This document shows positions 36,712 to 48,111 of a stretch of DNA of 64,000 bases, piece after piece. Position 1 is the first letter of the stretch. Each line of letters begins with the position of its first letter. The position numbers and the translations under genes were made by a program. The notes under the pieces were generated by a model. The model searched no databases. It had not been told where the DNA came from and was given only the letters and a program-made list of their open reading frames with translations. The stretch covers positions 38,522,191-38,586,190 of the forward strand of contig JAUZTB010000076.1 in the NCBI GenBank assembly GCA_034780895.1, in the 5' to 3' direction. Source of the DNA: Rhynchobatus australiae (lineage: Eukaryota).

Positions 36712-37254
36712 CACTGCTACTGGATACTCCACTGCCTGAATTGGGTCCTGGAGAAGATACCACTGTCCTGTAGGTAGGAGGTGGAGGGGGAGGGGGCGTG
36801 TTCTTTTGCCCCATAGCGAGCTCTTTCAGGGAGGAGGACGACTCGCTCTTTTCGCTCTTGACCAATGCCTGCTCAGAATTCTTTTTCTCACTCCCATTAT
36901 GGTCGAGAGGCACAGAAATAGTCGGAGGGGCATCAGTGGACTGTAGGTCGCTCTGAAGGTCCTCGGGCTGCAGGGCCGAGATGGGCCTCTTTTCACTCAG
37001 AGCTGCAGCTGAAACATCGTCTCTGGGAGGTCGATCAGAAAAATCGATCCACTTGTTCTTCGTCAGGACGATTCCAGATCTGGGAGACACAACTGGGCCA
37101 AAAATATCATCCAGGTCACTGATAGACAACAGTTTGTCAGGCTGGGGCTCTGCTTCACCCTGGTCATTCCCTACAGTCCCATGGGATGAGTTCGGTAAAG
37201 GTTGCTGCGTTGTTGTATCAAGGTCTGACTTGGTGCCTTTCAGACCAATGTAGT
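36712..37254 (-). CDS. SGIP1: SGIP1 large proline-rich exon (...GNDQGEAEPQPDKLLSISDLDDIFGPVVSP...TPPPPPPPTYRTVVSSPGPNSGSGVSSS); alternative acceptor at 37170
   Basis: Open frame from the AAG acceptor at 37254 (543 nt) or the TAG acceptor at 37170 (459 nt) to donor G|GTACGT; DLDxIFGP and PPPPPPPTYRTVVSSPGP motifs. Confidence 0.9.
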
Positions 37255-37419
37255 CTTAAGTTCAAAATTCAAGAATAAAACAAAAAGCAGGAATCAAAAG
37301 AATTAAAGATTAAACACAAAATAAAACTGAAGAATGTACATTCAGTGTCAAAAGACTAAAAAAATTTACCTTAGCAATGAGACAGAATTCAAACAATTTT
37401 CAAATGAAGAAAATGGTCC

Positions 37420-37680
37420 CCTTACACACCCCACCCCTGCTCCCTTTGCATATTGGACCTTGCTAACTGTCCACTGGTATTATGCTCATGTCTGAGGCAA
37501 GAGAGTGAGGATCAGTAGGTTATTCCACCACGTATGGTCTGTCCTCAACCGACAGTCACTTATGCCTGTTGCATCCCTGGGGCCTTGGCTGAGAACAGTT
37601 TCAAAGCACATCAGCGACTGAACCGGAAAATGTGTTGAGCTGCAGAACTTAGTTCTAGGCTAAGCAACGCATTTTCTGCC
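37420..37680 (-). mobile_element. Ancient SINE-like repeat (LF-SINE-like)
   Basis: agagagtgaggatcagtaggttattccacc...ctgtcctcaaccgac resembles the recalled LF-SINE core in reverse. Confidence 0.35.
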
Positions 37681-38046
37681 TGAGGACTTGGGAGCAGGTG
37701 TGTTACTATCTTTCCTTAAAAAAATCTTTGAACCAAATGATTTAAGATACAAAGAAGCCACATTTGATTAAGTATTATGAAATTTGGAAAACAGCTTGTG
37801 TGAAAAACATAAAATGGCCAGAAAGAAGATCCAGTCACTTAATTGAGCAACATTTCTCCATATTGATTGTGTGTTATTTTCTAGTCATTTAGAGTTACCT
37901 CAAGCCTACAACACAGAAACAAGTCCTCAAACCAATTTGTCATTGCTGATGATTATGTTCCATATGCCTATTCCACTGAAGTTGGTACATAATAGGTAAA
38001 TGACAAGCCGCCCAGTACTCCTGAATATTAAACTACAAATCCCTAC

Positions 38047-38121
38047 CTGAACCCTCTGCTGAGGGTGATCCTGTGCGAGGTGGTGTGGCTGGAACATTCT
38101 TCGGAGGCAGAGGAGGAGGAG
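38047..38121 (-). CDS. SGIP1: SGIP1 exon (A)[24 protein letters not shown]
   Basis: ccccttttag acceptor, AG|GTAGGG donor; 75 nt. Confidence 0.93.
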
Positions 38122-38259
38122 CTAAAAGGGGAATTACAAAATGCAATTTATGAGATGAAAATGAAATTATTACTTGCAGAGTTTTACACCATTTGAAGAG
38201 AATTTAAAGGATAATAACATTTACAATCAACATATTAGGAAAAACTCACTTTCTCAGAA

Positions 38260-38460
38260 AAACAAGACATCCCCTGCTCTCTTTGACAAAATGAGAAAGA
38301 GCCTTTGCACCCTCTAGCGAGATAACTGGAAGGTATTCCGTGATCCACAAGGTGACAATGTACCAATGTTTCAAAATCACACTGAAAGCTCAGACTAAAT
38401 TATGTGTTTAAGCCTGGAAATGTGGCTGAATCCCACCTTCTGACTTAGAAGAATGTATAG
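38260..38460 (-). mobile_element. Deu-domain SINE-like relic (SacSINE1/AmnSINE1-like)
   Basis: Minus: ctaagtcagaaggtgggattcagccacatttccaggcttaaacacataatttagtctga...aaagagagcagggga. Confidence 0.45.
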
Positions 38461-39391
38461 TAACAAAAACTGATGTTTAAATATGGGTTTCACTTGCTAA
38501 TGGTTAGATAAAACCAGAGTTGAAAAAGTACATCACCTAAAATACAGATTCAAATACACTTACTGAAGAGCTGATAACTACCAAGGGCCATCTCCATTTG
38601 AGGATTCAAATTTAGATCAGAAGGCAAAAAGGTAGTGGAGGATGGAAAAAAAACAAAAAGCTTCTTCTAAGATCAAGACTATTTTGTACTTAGTCAGTTT
38701 TCCTTCTTTGTTCAAGCACTTGTTGCACTGTTGTAGGAGAATGTGTGTGTATATATATATCCTAATACTACTTCTTGTTCTCCCTGTGAATGCGAGTCGA
38801 TACCTGTTGCATTAAAGTTCCTGCCCTTTTACAAAGCCCTGAGATTTCCTGGACTGTCTCACATGATGGTGGGACTGAAAACACAATGTATGGGGTCACC
38901 TTTTCCTTTCTCCTTCACTTCCCTATCTGTGGAAGAGAAGAAATTCCATCTTCAAGGACGCTTAAAGAAGCTGCCATTGTGTCCGGTAGCTGACCCCCCT
39001 CAAAATGTGAGGAGTCAGATAGCAAAACATTGAAAGTCATAAGCTTTTGGTTTTAACCTCCACAGCAACCTTCTTGATGTTTTGCCACAATCTCACAACT
39101 GCTGCAGGCTTAATGGACCTGTCACTCTGCCTGTTTCTTGGGGCAAAATCCTTCTAGGAGGCAGGTCTTCTCCGGNNNNNNNNNNTCTCCGGTAATGTGT
39201 TCAGATAATTCTCATTCGCCAACCAGGTCTCCAAAGCCCAGGCAAGCACAGCATAATACAAATGCAAAGCATATATCTGGCAGCCATATAAAAGGAAATT
39301 AGGGAAAAAAGGGGCCATCATATCTTGCTTGTTTCCTTATTATGTTTAATTACACAATTTCCAATGGTTAACGTGGTCGCTGTGAGCTTAC

Positions 39392-39484
39392 CTCCTGTAG
39401 GAAATGGTCGTGATGGCAAAGGCGATTGTCTTTTGGAATCACTGGCTTGAAATGGCCCCCAGATCTCAGGCTGATCAATTGCAG
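39392..39484 (-). CDS. SGIP1: SGIP1 exon (A)AIDQPEIWGPFQASDSKRQSPLPSRPFPTG
   Basis: AAG acceptor, GTAAGC donor; 93 nt; DQPEIWG and RPFPTG match. Confidence 0.9.
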
Positions 39485-40361
39485 CTTTAAGACGTGGATA
39501 AAGTCAGCCAAAAAATAAATGAACACAGGGCATAAATACACAGTGTGAACTATACAATTTTTAAAGATTAGACTGTAGGAACAATATTTCATTGCAGGTC
39601 TGTTGCCACAGAAGTTCCCCGAGTTGTGATCCCAGCAGTTAAGCCAGCATTGTGCCAGATTCTTGTTGGATCTGTGGAAGGATGACTCAGATAATCCCGA
39701 TCACCCAGCTCTCACTTACTGGAATATTGGGTATCTTTCCAAATGTAGGTGGCTGCCCTAGTAGTTCTTTCACCCCCTCCCCACCACCACTTCCTACAAC
39801 TATGACTATTTTCTCTTTAATCCCCTAAAAAAGGAACGCATGTCCAATTTTTTTAAATATTTCACAGGAGCTGGCAGCAGCCCAGGCTGTTTGCCTTGAC
39901 CATGTCCATAGAAAAATGGTAACTTTCTCCAACCCACTCACTGGAATTGTTATCTTGTAGTCACAAGGTCACACTATTCTCCGTCAAACACTGATAATCT
40001 TGTTCTACATGTTTTGTTAGCTGCACCATTTTTTGTGAAGGAACCCTGATTTGAATATCATATGGGCACATCAAAAATGATAGGATGGAGAAAACAGGTA
40101 AAATTGCTTCTCTGTAGTCACATTCACCATTTCAACGACAATTCAATAGTTTCATGGTCACCAATGCCAATCTTAACATTATATTCCAGAGTTTTTTTTC
40201 AATTACTTGAGTTTAAATGAATCAGCTGCTGAATGGGATTCAAACTCAGTTAAGTCTCTAGATCAATTGACCAGGCTGCTGGCTGCAGTAACATAACCAC
40301 CATGTTCTTTACTATCATGTACTTATATACTCAGTGTTAGTCAGGCATGTGTGTGAAGTAC

Positions 40362-40450
40362 CTTCTGATTTTATGCCTTCAAATGCTGACTCCAGCGGTG
40401 GGCCAAAGAGAGGGATCAGAGACGTTGTATCCTCTGGCCCCTTCTTACTA
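40362..40450 (-). CDS. SGIP1: SGIP1 exon (S)[29 protein letters not shown]
   Basis: ctttcccag acceptor (CAGTAG tandem), AG|GTACTT donor; 89 nt; [10 protein letters not shown] motif. Confidence 0.93.
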
Positions 40451-41299
40451 CTGGGAAAGAAAAATGAAGAGAATACAAGGGGAAAGAAATCAAAAATAAC
40501 TAGTTAGAGGAGGAAATGGAAGGAAGTACAGCAGAGAATCACTAAACTTTGCTCAGTCTAAGTAAACAGACCTTATTAATCTCTTGCTGAAAAATCACTG
40601 TCCCCTATGGGGTCTTGCTCAGTGCTATTCTGAGTGAGTGCCCAGACACACTGTAACAAGGAATGATGATCATGGACACATAATTATAGTTTCATGTTGC
40701 TTGTTCATGAGTTAAGTCAATGTGTCACAATATGAAGTCATTAAGTGAAGGCTACACATCTCCCCAAAGAAAAGAGGAAACACACAACTCAAGAGAACTG
40801 ATTTAGTTAAAACCCTGAGTCCTTCAGCCTTAATGGAAGCCTTTCATTTGTTGCTCAGATATGCTTGATTGCAAATAGCATTCTGTACCTTTCTCAAATT
40901 AGAAATGAGGAGAAGGAAGAAAATTAAATCCCAACATATGAAAAGTATCATGATCACAAATAGAGAAGAATAAAGAGCCGCTTATTGAACAATTAAGGGG
41001 CAATGGAATAAGTTTGTAGTCAATTTATGAATATCATTGGAATACAGTAGGCAGAACACTAAAGGTAACAAATTTCTAAATACAATGGGCTTCTCAGATC
41101 ATTCTGTAATACTGCAATGAAGTTATATTCAGGACTGGAATTTTCGCTTGCAAATTAATTGGAGAAAATATCTGGCATTTTCAAAATATCTTTTCTGAAT
41201 TATAATCAAATACTTAACTGGCTGCTAATTTAGTCACAATAAAATTCCCAACTTAAATAATTTCATGTTTGCAAAGGCTTTAGGAAGTGAATACCAAAA

Positions 41300-41815
41300 C
41301 GACAAGAAAGAGGGGAGATAACCAGTATAAAATGGTGGGGGGCAGTGGTGAAGCAAGAGTTGGCGGGTGATAGGTGGATCCAGGTGATGGGGGTGATAGG
41401 CAGATGNNNNNNNNNNNNNNNNNNNNNNNNNNNNNNNNNNNNNNNNNNNNNNNNNNNNNNNNNNNNNAGTGGTGAAGCAAGAGTTGGCGGGTGATAGGTG
41501 GATCCAGGTTGAGGCGGTGATAGGCAGGTGAGGGAGGAAGGGAGGAGAGTGGGAATGATGTAAGAAGCTGGGAGTTTATAGGTAGCAGTGACAGAGAGCT
41601 GAAGAAGATGGAATCTGATGGGAGAGGACAGTGGACAACGACATAAAGGGTAGGAGGTGGGGAGAGAAACTGGTGGGAGGAATGTGTGGGTAATGGGCAG
41701 TTGGAGAGGGTGGGGGAGGGGAAAGAGCGAGGGTGATAGGGACCAGTGGGATCAGGAAAAAACAGGGGAAGGGACAGAGGGGAATGGTTACCATAAGTTC
41801 GATGTTCAAGCCGTT
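41300..41815. mobile_element. Penelope-related purine-rich repeat fragment
   Basis: gctggga(g)..gataggtgga units shared with 50960-51120; interrupted by an N gap. Confidence 0.55.
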
Positions 41816-42567
41816 TAAAAACAATGTTAGAATAATTCACTCAAGTCTGACAGCCTACTGCCAGGTCCTATAGTGAGCAGTAAGTTTGGATATTTGAAGG
41901 CCAGCTATGAGTTAACATGTGGAAGCAAGTTAAGCTGTGTTGAGCATGAAGCAGGTTCATAAATGGCAAAATGACACATCTTTAGAAGTGAGTTGGTTCT
42001 TCTGCTGACACTCCACCTACTCATTCTGTATGGCAGATGTCCAACAACTAAGAATAATTCTGGGTTTGATCGGATTTATCCAAAATAGAAAATTCAATTA
42101 TCAAGTTTACAATTGAAGATAAAATAATCAGACTTGAGAGGTGATACTCAATCTAAAACTTCCCTCAAGAGTGTCAGAATATAACATGTAAACACTGGAT
42201 TTAACCCGCCAAGAAGATTATGATGACAAAGCTGAGACTGCAAACTCAACAGGATCAAACGTAATTTTTTTTCCTGCTATATTCCCTACTCTCTGCCATA
42301 ATTGGAAAATGGATAAAGATCTTCTGGAAGATGCAAGATATGTTTAAAATGATGACAAAAAGTTTATCTTATTCAACACAGGACTTTTCATTGAAAGGAT
42401 TGTCTGGAAAGGAAAAGTATGGGGTTTTGTTACCAGCCCATGAACCTTCTCATTGGACCTACATTTCATTCATGATGTTTCACACAACCTAAAATGTACC
42501 CCATGTTTTGAACATGTTAATGATTAGTGCTTAATACTTAGTGGAACAAGCAGTTGGCTATAAATAC

Positions 42568-42619
42568 CTGACAACTTCTGATGTAGGTGTTGACCGTCTT
42601 GGGCGAGCTATTTCTTCAC
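42568..42619 (-). CDS. SGIP1: SGIP1 exon (C)EEIARPRRSTPTSEVV(S)
   Basis: gttttgttcag acceptor, AG|GTATTT donor; 52 nt, phase 1 to 2. Confidence 0.92.
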
Positions 42620-43200
42620 CTGAACAAAACAAGAGAACAATTATTTTTCCTCTTGCAAAGGAGCTAGAGCAATAAAATCCTAATATTAAAGTGTGATTTT
42701 ACAACTTCTTGAATTTATTCAGCTACCTTGGCTGCAATGAACAATTAATCATCCTCCATGGTATGTAATATGAAAGAAGCCAACATAATATAGAATGCTC
42801 TGCGTTGTAGAGCTGGGGTTACATATAAACCTGACTTTTATGCAGCAGTACTAACTCTACAAACATAGGACCTCAAGAAAATGTAAGTGTGTTTTCTAAT
42901 AAAAGATCCTCCTCTTACCCCTAAGCTCCAAGCTTGTTTGTTTCCAGTTTGTATAAGGCTGTCAATACAAGGATGTCACCCTGTACATGGTTTCTCCTCT
43001 CAACATTCTTGAGTTTTTGCCAGGACCTCTATAACTTCCTTAGCAAATCCTTCTTCTTTCAAACCAAAAGCTTTCAATAGGATATCTTCTCACCACTATC
43101 CAGCAATTGCAGTATTTTGCTTTTGCCTTCATGGCATATCTTTTTCTACATTAAAGCCTTTCACTTTGGATCATTATTAATAATGAACATGAATACTTAC

Positions 43201-43225
43201 AAGATAAATTCCTTTTGATAATTGC
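43201..43225 (-). CDS. SGIP1: SGIP1 25-nt exon AIIKRNLS(C)
   Basis: tttctttccag acceptor, GTAAGT donor; corresponds to human GAIKRNLSS. Confidence 0.9.
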
Positions 43226-44214
43226 CTGGAAAGAAATAGAAAAGATATTGACATGGAGGACTTATATAACAGATANNNNNNNNNNNNNNNNNNNNNNNNN
43301 NNNNNNNNNNNNNNNNNNNNNNNNNNNNNNNNNNNNNNNNNNNNNNNNNNNNNNNNNNNNNNNNNNNNNNNNNNNGATCGGCCTGCCAAATGCCATTTGG
43401 TGCCAACTGATCTTGTGGCCATGAAAGGAGCTTAAGTAGAGATACTGCCAGCAGGACAGAAACTTGGGAGATTATCTGCATTCTTCTCAGGGGAATTCAC
43501 TTTTTGGATTGGGACGAGATTCTCTCATTTCAGATGAAGTACGTCTTCTTCCTTTGCAGGTTTTTTTCCCTATTGGCTGAATGGTAGTACTCTTGGCTAA
43601 GTGAAAAGTATGTTGTTATTTTAGTTAAGAATAGAATATGGGGATCATTGTAAGTCCATTATTTATTATCTTTCCATAAATGCTATTGAGAAGATGGTAG
43701 TCAGCTATCATCCTGAACCACTCTAGATATTATGGTGGAGGAAGATGCATCATGTGTTAGGAAAGGAATTCGAGGATTTTGACTTGGAGAAAAAACAGCA
43801 AACTATTTTCAAGTCAGAATGGTTTATAACTTGTATGGAATTTGATACTGGAGGAATTCTGTTTTGTCTATTGCCCCCGTCTTTCTATGAGGTTGTGGAT
43901 TAGGGGAATTTTTAAAGAAGTGTTGCATTGTTGGTACTTAATGCACCTAATGGATGCCAGTGGTGGAAAGATTAATATTTAATGTGTTTTAGGACCAGGA
44001 GAGGGGACTCCAACAAGGCACACTGATTTTTCCTGAAGGAGTCTACCTTCCCAAGTGTTGTTGGGGTAGCCATCACATCTTGTAGATAGTTAAAGGTCTC
44101 TGGGGAGGAAGACATGAGTTACACAGTGCAGGATGCCCAGCTTCTGACCTCTTCTGTAGGCAGTGTTTATCTGGCCTGTCCAGTTTAGTTTCTGGATAAT
44201 TCTGTATTTTTCAC

Positions 44215-44328
44215 AACCTGTGAGGGATACGGGTCAAACGTGGGCAAATGGGACTAGCTTAGATGGACATCTTGGCCGGCATGGATGAGTTGGGCTGAAA
44301 GGTTGTTTCCATGCTGTATGACTCTATT
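44215..44328 (+). mobile_element. CR1 3' tail fragment
   Basis: gggcaaatgggactagcttagatggacatcttgg...catgctgtatgactctat; matches 57220-57315. Confidence 0.8.
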
Positions 44329-44389
44329 GGAGAACATTCAATCCATCAGATCTATGCTAGACGTCAGACCAATTCCATCCCCCCATTTA

Positions 44390-44620
44390 TTTCCCAGGAA
44401 CCTGTTCTCTTTCACATGCCCATCAATACCCCTTAATTCTCCTACCAACTACCTCCATTAGGGGCAATTAGAAGTAGCCAATTAATCTAAAAACCAGTAT
44501 GTCTTTGGGAGCTGGAAGTAAAGCAGGGGAAACACACACAGTCATAGGGAGAACATGCAGACTCCACATAGATAGCACCTGAGGTTCAAATCTAAGGATT
44601 TGCAAATGGAACTGAAGTCT
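44390..44620 (-). mobile_element. V-domain SINE fragment
   Basis: Minus: ctatgtggagtctgcatgttctccctatgactgtgtgtgtttcccc. Confidence 0.65.
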
Positions 44621-45129
44621 GTGCAACCATCAGTAAAGGCACCAGACCATCTAGTGGCATAAGTCATGGTCTTGAGAAAATCCTCAGGATAACTGGGACT
44701 GAGCTNNNNNNNNNNNNNNNNNNNNNNNNNNNNNNNNNNNNNNNNNNNNNNNNNNNNNNNNNNNNNNNNNNNNNNNNNNNNNNNNNNNNNNNNNNNNNNN
44801 NNNNNCACAAACACATTGGTCTTGTCTCCTGTTTCATATAGCTCAAGCCAGTGAAAAGTTTCCCCAAGGAGCTTGCAGTGCCTTGATGTCAAAAGCAATC
44901 ACTCTCACCTCAGGAAGTCAGCTCTATTTGAACCAAGGATGTAATGAGATATGGAGTCAGGTGGTCTTGGAGGAACCTAAATTAAACATCACTGCACAGG
45001 TTATTAGTGACAACAATATCTATGACACTTTCTCTTTGTTAATGAATAAAGTTTTAAAGTTTTAAAAGTTTTTTTTTTAACATTTACAATAAACTGATGG
45101 GGGAGTGATTGGCCAGGCTGGATTTGTCC

Positions 45130-46100
45130 TACTCAAGAAGGGAGAGAGGGAAAAAGAAGAAAATTATAGACTGGTTAGCCTAACATCTGTCATTAGGAAA
45201 TTCTGGAATTCATTATTAATGATATAACAGCTGGACATTTAAAAATCATGCAACAGAGCCAATATGATTTTATGAAAGATAAACTATATTTAACAAATTT
45301 GCTAGAATCCTTTGAGGATGTAGTACACAGTGTGGATAAAATGGGAACTTGTGGATGTAAAGTACTTGGATTTCCAGAAGAGGTTTGATAAGGTGCCATA
45401 TTAAAGGCTACACCATAGGGTAAGAGCACACAGGATTGGGAGTAATATCTTGGCATGGGTAAGGGATTTGCTAACTAACAGAAAGTAAAGAGTCGGGATA
45501 AGTGGGTCATTTTTGGATTGTCACTCAGGAACCAATGGGTGTCACTGAGATCCATGCTGGAGCCTCAATTATTACGAACCTATGTTAATGACTTGGATGA
45601 AGGGGTTGAGTGAACTGTGGCCAAATTCATTGATGATACAAAGGTAAGTGGGTTAGCAAGTTGTGACGGGGTTAAAGGTGGGTTAACTGAGTGGGCAATA
45701 GGTTAGTAGATAGGGTAAAATGTGGAAAAACATGAGGTTATCCACTGGATGCAAGAATAAAGCAAACAATTATTATTTAAGCTGTGTGAAACTTCACTTC
45801 ACAGGGAATCTGGGAGCCTAGTATCTAGTACCAGGAGGCTTAGTTTCAGAATAAGGAGTTGCCAGTTTCAGATGAGGATGAGGAGGAATTTCTTCTCTTG
45901 TGACTTTTTCAAATTATCTACCCAGAGAGTTGTGAAGGTGGAGTCGTTAAATATGTTCAAGGCTGAGACCGAGAGATCTTTGCACTACAAATGAGTCAAA
46001 GTCTGCAGGAAAAGAGTAAGGAAGTAGCATTGAGGGCAAGATTAGATCACCCATGACGTTATTAAATGACAGCCTTGCTCAAGGAACCGATAGCCTACTG
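45130..46100 (+). mobile_element. Degraded CR1 LINE RT fragment
   Basis: aattatagactggttagcctaacatctgtc (NYRxVSLTSV), ttggatttccagaagaggtttgataaggtgcc (LDFQK.FDKVP), KFIDDTK. Confidence 0.8.
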
Positions 46101-48099
46101 TTTAAGTTTTTATTGAAAACATACTAAGGTAATATACCCAAATAATCTTCCATGTTATTAGGTAGATATCTTCTCATATTTATTACAACATAGAAGGAGG
46201 TTGTTAGGTCCATCTATGTCAGCTCTGAGTCATCCCATCAATCCCATTCCCAGCTTTATTTCCCTGTAGCCCTTTCTCTCTCACATAGTCATTAACTCTA
46301 CTCTGAATCTCTGACTAATTAACCTCCAACTGGCATGCCTTTGGGATACCAGTCCTGTAGCTGTACTGAACTGTTTGGGTCGGGAAGCTGCTAAATCTCC
46401 AGCACAGCAACTGGGATGTTAGAGCACATAGCCACTCATCTTTCCAATATGCTCAGCCATTTCTTGCGATCATATGGAGTAAATTAAACTGGCTGAAGGC
46501 TGAAGCTGGCTTCTCTGAAGGTGGGATGCCAGGAGGAGGCTGAGATCTATCATCAGCTCAGCACTGGCTGATGTGAATGTTTCAGTCAGGCCTCATGCAC
46601 TCACTTACTGGACTCTCGTCAACTACTGGACAATTTTAATAGGTTTGCTGCACACAGAAGCCAGTGGAGCAGAGCACTAGTCTAAACATGGGACACCCTC
46701 TAAAGCATTAAAAGGATAACTTTTTGTTACAATAAAATGGATAGCTCAAACAATGTTTATTGCTTGCTTGTCAACATTTTTCTGCAAATTACTGCAGGCT
46801 GTTGATAGTTTTGCTTGAGGTGTAGCAAAGCATACATGGCTTTGGAGCAGAAGGACATTCTTGTTAAGCAACATGTTGCTGTTTTCAAATCCCTCCATGG
46901 TCTCACCCTCCTTTACCTGTGCATGCCCTCAAACCCCACATGTGCTATCTTTGCCATTTCATTTCTGGCCTCTTGATCATCTCTGATTTTCACTACTCCA
47001 CCACTACTCACTACTTGTACCAACTTTGTTTCACAGCACTCAATTGAATCGCTGGTGGGATGTTTTATTAAGTGAATGGTGCTACATTAATATAGGTGGC
47101 AATAGAAGCAGTCTCTGCAGATAGGAAGAACATTTTTTGTCTCCCTGCTCCAAAGGACCTGCAGCAAATGCCTAAGACTTTCACAGATATTTGGAGCAAT
47201 GCCTGGGCAAATAGAAGCGAATTAGGGCAAACAATTACAATGGGGGCTCGGTAACCCTGACACAAGCATACCTGTAACTACATCACACTGAGAACCTATT
47301 GTAGCAATCAAGAACATTTTGTGCGAGGCACTTATGAAGCACTATGTGTGCCCTGATCCATTTGCGTTCCCAGTAAGTATAGTGTAACACNNNNNNNNNN
47401 NNNNGATGAGAAATTTTGACGTTGTGTGTAAAATGTAAATGAACCACTGCCCGTTATAGACCCTGTCCAATTTTCTACTCAGCATCAGCACGGTATTGGT
47501 TCAATGTTAAGGTTCATGAGTGGCTCCTCAGCTCAACTAATCACCTTTGCTTATATCCCAAGAACAAATAAAAAGAGCTAAATACATAAATGTCTCACAT
47601 CATGAATAAATAAATGGTTGTAATAAAGCAGTGTAGAAGAGCAGAGTATAGGGAATATCAACACATTTATCAGCAACTCTTCAAACCGAAAGTCCTTAAA
47701 GAACACAATTAAAGCTAATTGATACGTCAACAGGCAATATCTTTTATTAGGCAACTGAATGTTTAAACTCACGTTAAGAGGCATAAGTTTCAAATCAATA
47801 TTTTAATTCTATTATCAAAAGGGTCTTCTTTTTTAAAAAAGTGGCATGAAATTTTATTTGATCTTTAGCAATAACAGTGCACATTACTACTGGCTTATCA
47901 GTTAGCAATGCAACAATTTTAGTGCATGAAGACTTAAACAAATAGATTTAATTCTTGTTCAAACTAAAGTAGCTCTAAACAAGTCAACTTCTTAAGCCTC
48001 AACATATAACCACTGACATCTCTTTTCCTTAATGAACTGAATAATGAACAAAAATTAAAAGACCTGTGGTTATTGAAATACAAATAAAGGAATACTCAC

Positions 48100-48111
48100 T
48101 GGACTGCGCCT
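48100..48111 (-). CDS. SGIP1: SGIP1 12-nt microexon (RRSP)
   Basis: tctctcttcctttttgccgatcacag|AGGCGCAGTCCA|gtgagt; encodes the RRSP peptide of human SGIP1. Confidence 0.88.

Noticed and set aside
41344-41508. Identical ~40-bp sequence on both sides of an N gap; similar cases at 60816-60974 and 39169-39192
   Set aside because: Typical of overlapping contig ends in scaffolding, so not evidence of a real repeat.
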